A DNA stretch of 32,000 bases. It comes from Fastidiosibacter lacustris. GTDB taxonomy: Bacteria > Pseudomonadota > Gammaproteobacteria > Francisellales > Francisellaceae. The first letter of the stretch is position 1; each line of letters starts with the position of its first letter. The stretch spans positions 1-32,000 of the forward strand of contig NZ_QLIR01000008.1 of the NCBI RefSeq assembly GCF_003428155.1, read 5' to 3'. The position numbers and the translations under genes were made by a program. The notes beneath the pieces were generated by a model. That model saw nothing but the letters and a program-made list of their open reading frames with translations. It was not told the DNA's origin and searched no databases. Shown piece after piece: positions 27,915-32,000 of the stretch.

Positions 27915-30644
27915 ATGCAACTGACTGAATTTTGCGAATTTTTTCACCTAAACTCACTTGATAAGACTTTAATCAAACAACTTTTTGTGAGCTTTGAAAC
28001 GAGTACTTTCTTGGCACGGATAGTGAACCAACATCCTGAGCTTTTAAAAAATATCAATTGGTATGCTAAAGAACAGATTACTGACATTAATCAACAAGTT
28101 AAAGTATTATTTAGCACCTATCAAAGTGATTTATACGAACTTGGCAAAGCGCTTCGCATTTTTAGACAGAAGCTACACGCTAAAATAATTTTTCAACATC
28201 AACACAAGCTTGCTCATTTTGAATATATTGCCGAAATCATTTCTTTTACCGCTAAAGTTATTTTGTTGTATGCACAGCAATATTTGTTACAAACCTTAGC
28301 GATTAAACACAAACTTAAAACAACACCTCCTGACCTTGCTATTATTGCTATGGGGAAATTAGGAGGCAATGAGCTGAATTTTTCATCTGACATCGATTTA
28401 GTATTTGTTTATCCTAATAATATAAGTTTGATACGTGAATCTGATAGCGAATATAGCCCCCTGCGCTTTTATACCGAGCTTAGCCAAAAGCTTATTACAC
28501 TTATTAATGAAGTTAGTGTTGATGGTTTTGTCTATCGCGTAGATATGCGCTTACGTCCATTTGGAGACGGTTCACCTTTAGCATCTGATTTTGATAGTTT
28601 CAAGCAATATCTTATTCATCACGCACGTGATTGGGAGCGTTATGCTTATATCAAATCAGATATCATCTACCCTAAAGAGCCATTTAAATCAAGGCTTACT
28701 TATGAAATTACTCAATTTGTCTATCGCCATTATCACGACTATCGGATGCTTGACTCAATTAGAGAAATGAAACATAAAATTTTAACCGAAATGAAACAAA
28801 GTACACTCTCTAACAACATCAAGCTTGGTCGAGGAGGAATTCGTGAAATTGAATTTATCTGTCAATGTTTTCAGCTCATTTATGGTGGTCAAAATAAAAC
28901 CTTACAAACAAAATCTCTTTACCAGGCACTTATAAATCTTGGAAAAGCCAATATTATAACGCCTCAAGTTCAAGATACGCTCTATCGACACTATGTTTTC
29001 TTACGCAATACTGAAAACGGTCTACAGATGCTCGACGATCAACAAGTTCATACCTTGCCAACTTTACTTCAAGCTCAGCAAGCTATTGCTTCATTAAGCG
29101 GTTATACCGATTGGCAACCACTGTCTAACAAAATAGAGCACGTGCGTGCAGAAGTCAGTCAGCTATTTGACGACTTAACCAACTTTAATAAACCCCAAAC
29201 TCCCTATTCTACTAAATCTTCTGAATTTAATTCTCCTGCCTTAAACCTCACTATAGATATGTTAAATCCTGGAAACACTCAATCACTCAAAGAAATTAAC
29301 GTTTTTTTGGATCAGCATGATTTTAATATTAAAGTTAAACCTGCAATAAAAAACTTACTTTTATTAACCCTAAACGAATATCCAAATCTGTTAGCTTACC
29401 TTTTTTTGCTTTTACGTAACTTAGCAAAACGCCAAACTTATTTATTTCTACTTGCTGAGCGCCAAAAACAATACCGCGATTTTTTAGCGTTATTAAGCTA
29501 TGGTCAAGGCATTATCGACATGCTGATTGAACATCCATTCTTATTAGAGCGCACACTAACACACAAGCACCATGATGAAGTTTATTTGGATATAGAAAGC
29601 TTACGCAATAAACTCAATATCCAATTACAGAACATTCATTTAAAAGATATTGAAGCATTTTTAGAATGCTTGCGCCGATTTAAAGTAGAACAGATTTTCA
29701 ATATTATCGTTAGCGAATCACGTGGACATATCTCACTGATGGAGTCTAGCGATTTATTTAGCTATCTTGCCACGGTTATTATCGAAGCTGCACTTGATGG
29801 CGCTTGGCGCGAAGTATTTATGCATAGTGACATACCCTTTAATCTACAGCCACATTACAAGCATTCATTAGCTATTATCGCCTATGGTAAACTTGGAGGA
29901 CTTGAGCTTAGCGTTGCTTCTGATCTAGATCTTGTATTTATTCATGACAAAATAGATGCTAGTCTCTCATCCCGAATTTTTGTTCGCGTCATCCAAAAAT
30001 TTATTCATTTCATGCAAGTTAAAACCTATCACGGAGCACTTTATGAAGTGGACCTACGTTTGCGTCCTGATGGTGAAAATGGCTTTGTTGCAACTAGCAT
30101 TCAAAGTTATGAACAATATCTCAAAAACTCTGCCTGGACTTGGGAGCATCAAGCTTTGACACGTGCTCGTTTTATTTGTGGTGACATCGTCATCCAAAAA
30201 AAATTTGACATAATACGCACACAAACTATCTGTCAAAAACGCAACATTCAAAAACTCAAACAAGATATTATCAATATGCGCCATAAAATGCGTAAACACT
30301 TGTTGAAAGTTTCTGATAATCAATTTGACTTAAAACAAAGCACTGGTGGTATGATCGATATTGAATTTATTGCACAATTCTATGCACTTGCTTACAGTCA
30401 CAAAATACCTCCTATTTGTTATTACAGTGATAGCATCCGCATTATTCAAACTATGGAAAGTGCACACATGATTTCATGGACAACTGCACAGACTTTAATT
30501 AATCACTATTGTTATTATCGCGATTTAGGATTTAAGTGCTATCTCAATAAAACCGATCCAATTGTTACAATTAAGTCTTGTCAAATACAGGCAAAGCAAA
30601 TACACGCCATCTGGGATGAACTATTTATAACAGAAGCACTTTAA
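27915..30644 (+). CDS. glnE: Glutamine synthetase adenylyltransferase/deadenylase
   Basis: Two copies of the catalytic pattern: AIIAMGKLGGNELNFSSDIDLVFVY...YRVDMRLRPFGDGSPLA and AIIAYGKLGGLELSVASDLDLVFIH...YEVDLRLRPDGENGFVA; also RGGIREIEFICQ. Confidence 0.97.
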   Translation: MQLTEFCEFFHLNSLDKTLIKQLFVSFETSTFLARIVNQHPELLKNINWYAKEQITDINQQVKVLFSTYQSDLYELGKALRIFRQKLHAKIIFQHQHKLAHFEYIAEIISFTAKVILLYAQQYLLQTLAIKHKLKTTPPDLAIIAMGKLGGNELNFSSDIDLVFVYPNNISLIRESDSEYSPLRFYTELSQKLITLINEVSVDGFVYRVDMRLRPFGDGSPLASDFDSFKQYLIHHARDWERYAYIKSDIIYPKEPFKSRLTYEITQFVYRHYHDYRMLDSIREMKHKILTEMKQSTLSNNIKLGRGGIREIEFICQCFQLIYGGQNKTLQTKSLYQALINLGKANIITPQVQDTLYRHYVFLRNTENGLQMLDDQQVHTLPTLLQAQQAIASLSGYTDWQPLSNKIEHVRAEVSQLFDDLTNFNKPQTPYSTKSSEFNSPALNLTIDMLNPGNTQSLKEINVFLDQHDFNIKVKPAIKNLLLLTLNEYPNLLAYLFLLLRNLAKRQTYLFLLAERQKQYRDFLALLSYGQGIIDMLIEHPFLLERTLTHKHHDEVYLDIESLRNKLNIQLQNIHLKDIEAFLECLRRFKVEQIFNIIVSESRGHISLMESSDLFSYLATVIIEAALDGAWREVFMHSDIPFNLQPHYKHSLAIIAYGKLGGLELSVASDLDLVFIHDKIDASLSSRIFVRVIQKFIHFMQVKTYHGALYEVDLRLRPDGENGFVATSIQSYEQYLKNSAWTWEHQALTRARFICGDIVIQKKFDIIRTQTICQKRNIQKLKQDIINMRHKMRKHLLKVSDNQFDLKQSTGGMIDIEFIAQFYALAYSHKIPPICYYSDSIRIIQTMESAHMISWTTAQTLINHYCYYRDLGFKCYLNKTDPIVTIKSCQIQAKQIHAIWDELFITEAL

Positions 30645-30662
30645 TAAAGAAATCAATTTGCT

Positions 30663-30683
30663 TTGATCAAAAGATCAATTTTT
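30663..30683 (+). terminator. Weak terminator-like hairpin after glnE
   Basis: TTGATC-AAAA-GATCAA followed by TTTTT between convergent glnE and bioD. Confidence 0.4.
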
Positions 30684-30702
30684 AAGCTGTTACGACAGCT
30701 CC

Positions 30703-31359
30703 TTATTTTATGTGAAAATCAACCGTAAGAATTTTGGGCACACTTAGCATATAGGTTAAAGTGGCAATGTTCTCTTGTAACCTTGGCATATCCGCTTGAA
30801 TACAATTAGCAACCCAGCCAATGCAATGAATTTCATTTTGGCGTAAATAATAGTCAGTTAATAAAGCATGATTTATACATCCAAGCTTCATTCCTACGAC
30901 TAGTATTACAGGAATATTTAAAGCTTTTAAATAATCTGCCCAGGTTTGATTTAAGTTCAACGGTGTCAATAAACCGCCCACCCCTTCAATCAATAATAGG
31001 TCAGCATCAATTTGTCCAAATGCGTCGTAACTCTGCATCATCAATTTCTCAACACTAAGTTCATCGCTCACATCCTTGGCTGCAATATGTGGAGCAATTG
31101 GCGGCTTATACAAATTTGGATTAACTAATTCATAGTCATAAGATTTGGATGCTGTCTGTTGTAACAAAAGCGCATCCCCATTAACCCATTTTCCATCCTG
31201 CAAGAAAGCACCAGATGCGATAGGTTTTAATCCAGCAACATTTTTCCCCATCTGCTTTATTTGTGTCATTAAATGTATACTAACATAGGTCTTCCCCACC
31301 TCTGTATCTGTACCAATAACACCAATTTTGTTATAGGTTAGCAAAAGCTCTAAACTCAT
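30703..31359 (-). CDS. bioD: Dethiobiotin synthetase
   Basis: VIGTDTEVGKTYVSIHL, VAGLKPIASGA, NPYLYKPPIAPH-like NPNLYKPPIAPHIAA, LLIEGVGGLLTPL. Start chosen at M19 (31359), which overlaps the upstream stop as ATGA. Confidence 0.93.
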   Translation of the reverse strand: MSLELLLTYNKIGVIGTDTEVGKTYVSIHLMTQIKQMGKNVAGLKPIASGAFLQDGKWVNGDALLLQQTASKSYDYELVNPNLYKPPIAPHIAAKDVSDELSVEKLMMQSYDAFGQIDADLLLIEGVGGLLTPLNLNQTWADYLKALNIPVILVVGMKLGCINHALLTDYYLRQNEIHCIGWVANCIQADMPRLQENIATLTYMLSVPKILTVDFHIK

Positions 31360-32000
31360 ATTGTTCTCTTTTTCAATATATATAATCCCGTTAGATAAGT
31401 TAGCTGTGCACATTCATCTTGCTGTAAATAACATCGTAACTTAAGTGTTTCCACTTTAGAGTCTCCTAAATAACAATTCACACCTGTATACTTCAAATGC
31501 CTTAGTTGAGAAATACGATCATCAAAAGCAACAACGAATTTTTCACATTTTGCTGTTATTACAACCAAACCATTTTTTTGTAACATTTTAAGTACTTGTA
31601 TATGGTTATAAAAATGATTAATGCGTACCACCTGTTCAAGCTCGTTAAATGTCCCTTTTAACGGAATAGAAAAGCAAAAATAACCATTGTCTTCCAACGT
31701 TTGTTGGATGCGATACAGCAGCAACGAGAACGCACATGACCATTGCAATGCCATATTACTATAAATTAAATGATATTTCTTGCCTGCTAGTTTCATCCAC
31801 ATCTCATCTAAATCAAAATTTGTGCAATAGAAGTTTAATCTATCAAAATTACGAGCATCCAACTTACTGATACACTTTGCCTCTGTAATTAGTTCAACTG
31901 CACAATCAATAGCATCGTAACGTTTACTATTTAGTATTTTGAAAAGCTTAAAACTATCTATGCCATTACCACAACCAAGCTCAAGCACAGAATGCGCATA
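31356..32000 (-). CDS. bioC: Malonyl-[acyl-carrier protein] O-methyltransferase-like (BioC), partial at window edge
   Basis: SAM motif VLELGCGNG, LIYSNMALQW and FCFSIPLKGTFNELE are BioC-like, and it is ATGA-coupled to bioD. The frame stays open through position 32000, so the N-terminus lies outside the window. Confidence 0.78.
   Translation of the reverse strand, partial: YAHSVLELGCGNGIDSFKLFKILNSKRYDAIDCAVELITEAKCISKLDARNFDRLNFYCTNFDLDEMWMKLAGKKYHLIYSNMALQWSCAFSLLLYRIQQTLEDNGYFCFSIPLKGTFNELEQVVRINHFYNHIQVLKMLQKNGLVVITAKCEKFVVAFDDRISQLRHLKYTGVNCYLGDSKVETLKLRCYLQQDECAQLTYLTGLYILKKRTI

Noticed and set aside
29956-30323. ORFs 29956..30159 and 30054..30323
   Set aside because: Overlap the second catalytic domain of glnE, which is clearly coding.
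1-32000. CRISPR array, IS element or integrase
   Set aside because: I saw no regularly spaced direct repeats, no transposase or integrase signature, and no long terminal inverted repeats. The TA remnants suggest past mobility, but no element boundary can be drawn.

Overview
This 32 kb window comes from an AT-rich chromosome, probably gammaproteobacterial (inferred from the gene repertoire; no taxonomy was computed). Most of it is ordinary housekeeping content: holC, queF, dctA-like, secA, DUF721/dciA, gph, rimI with a possible holD, DUF4404, glsA, TauE/SafE permease, peroxiredoxin-glutaredoxin, fused trpE(G), PfkB kinase, prfC, miaE, purF, beta-barrel OMP, glnE, and bioD with partial bioC. 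I found no convincing previously undescribed multi-gene system. The parts most worth a second look are: (1) a decayed toxin-antitoxin cluster at 249..1334, with several frameshifts in homopolymer runs; (2) a cobalamin riboswitch on the minus strand (~5570..5735) upstream of a TonB-dependent receptor plus a dedicated TonB-like gene; (3) a small Sm/Hfq-like protein at 24371..24574; (4) an isolated fused anthranilate synthase with tandem leader hairpins and a coupled PfkB kinase; (5) secreted proteins of unknown role, including an NlpC/P60 protein with a long N-terminal extension.
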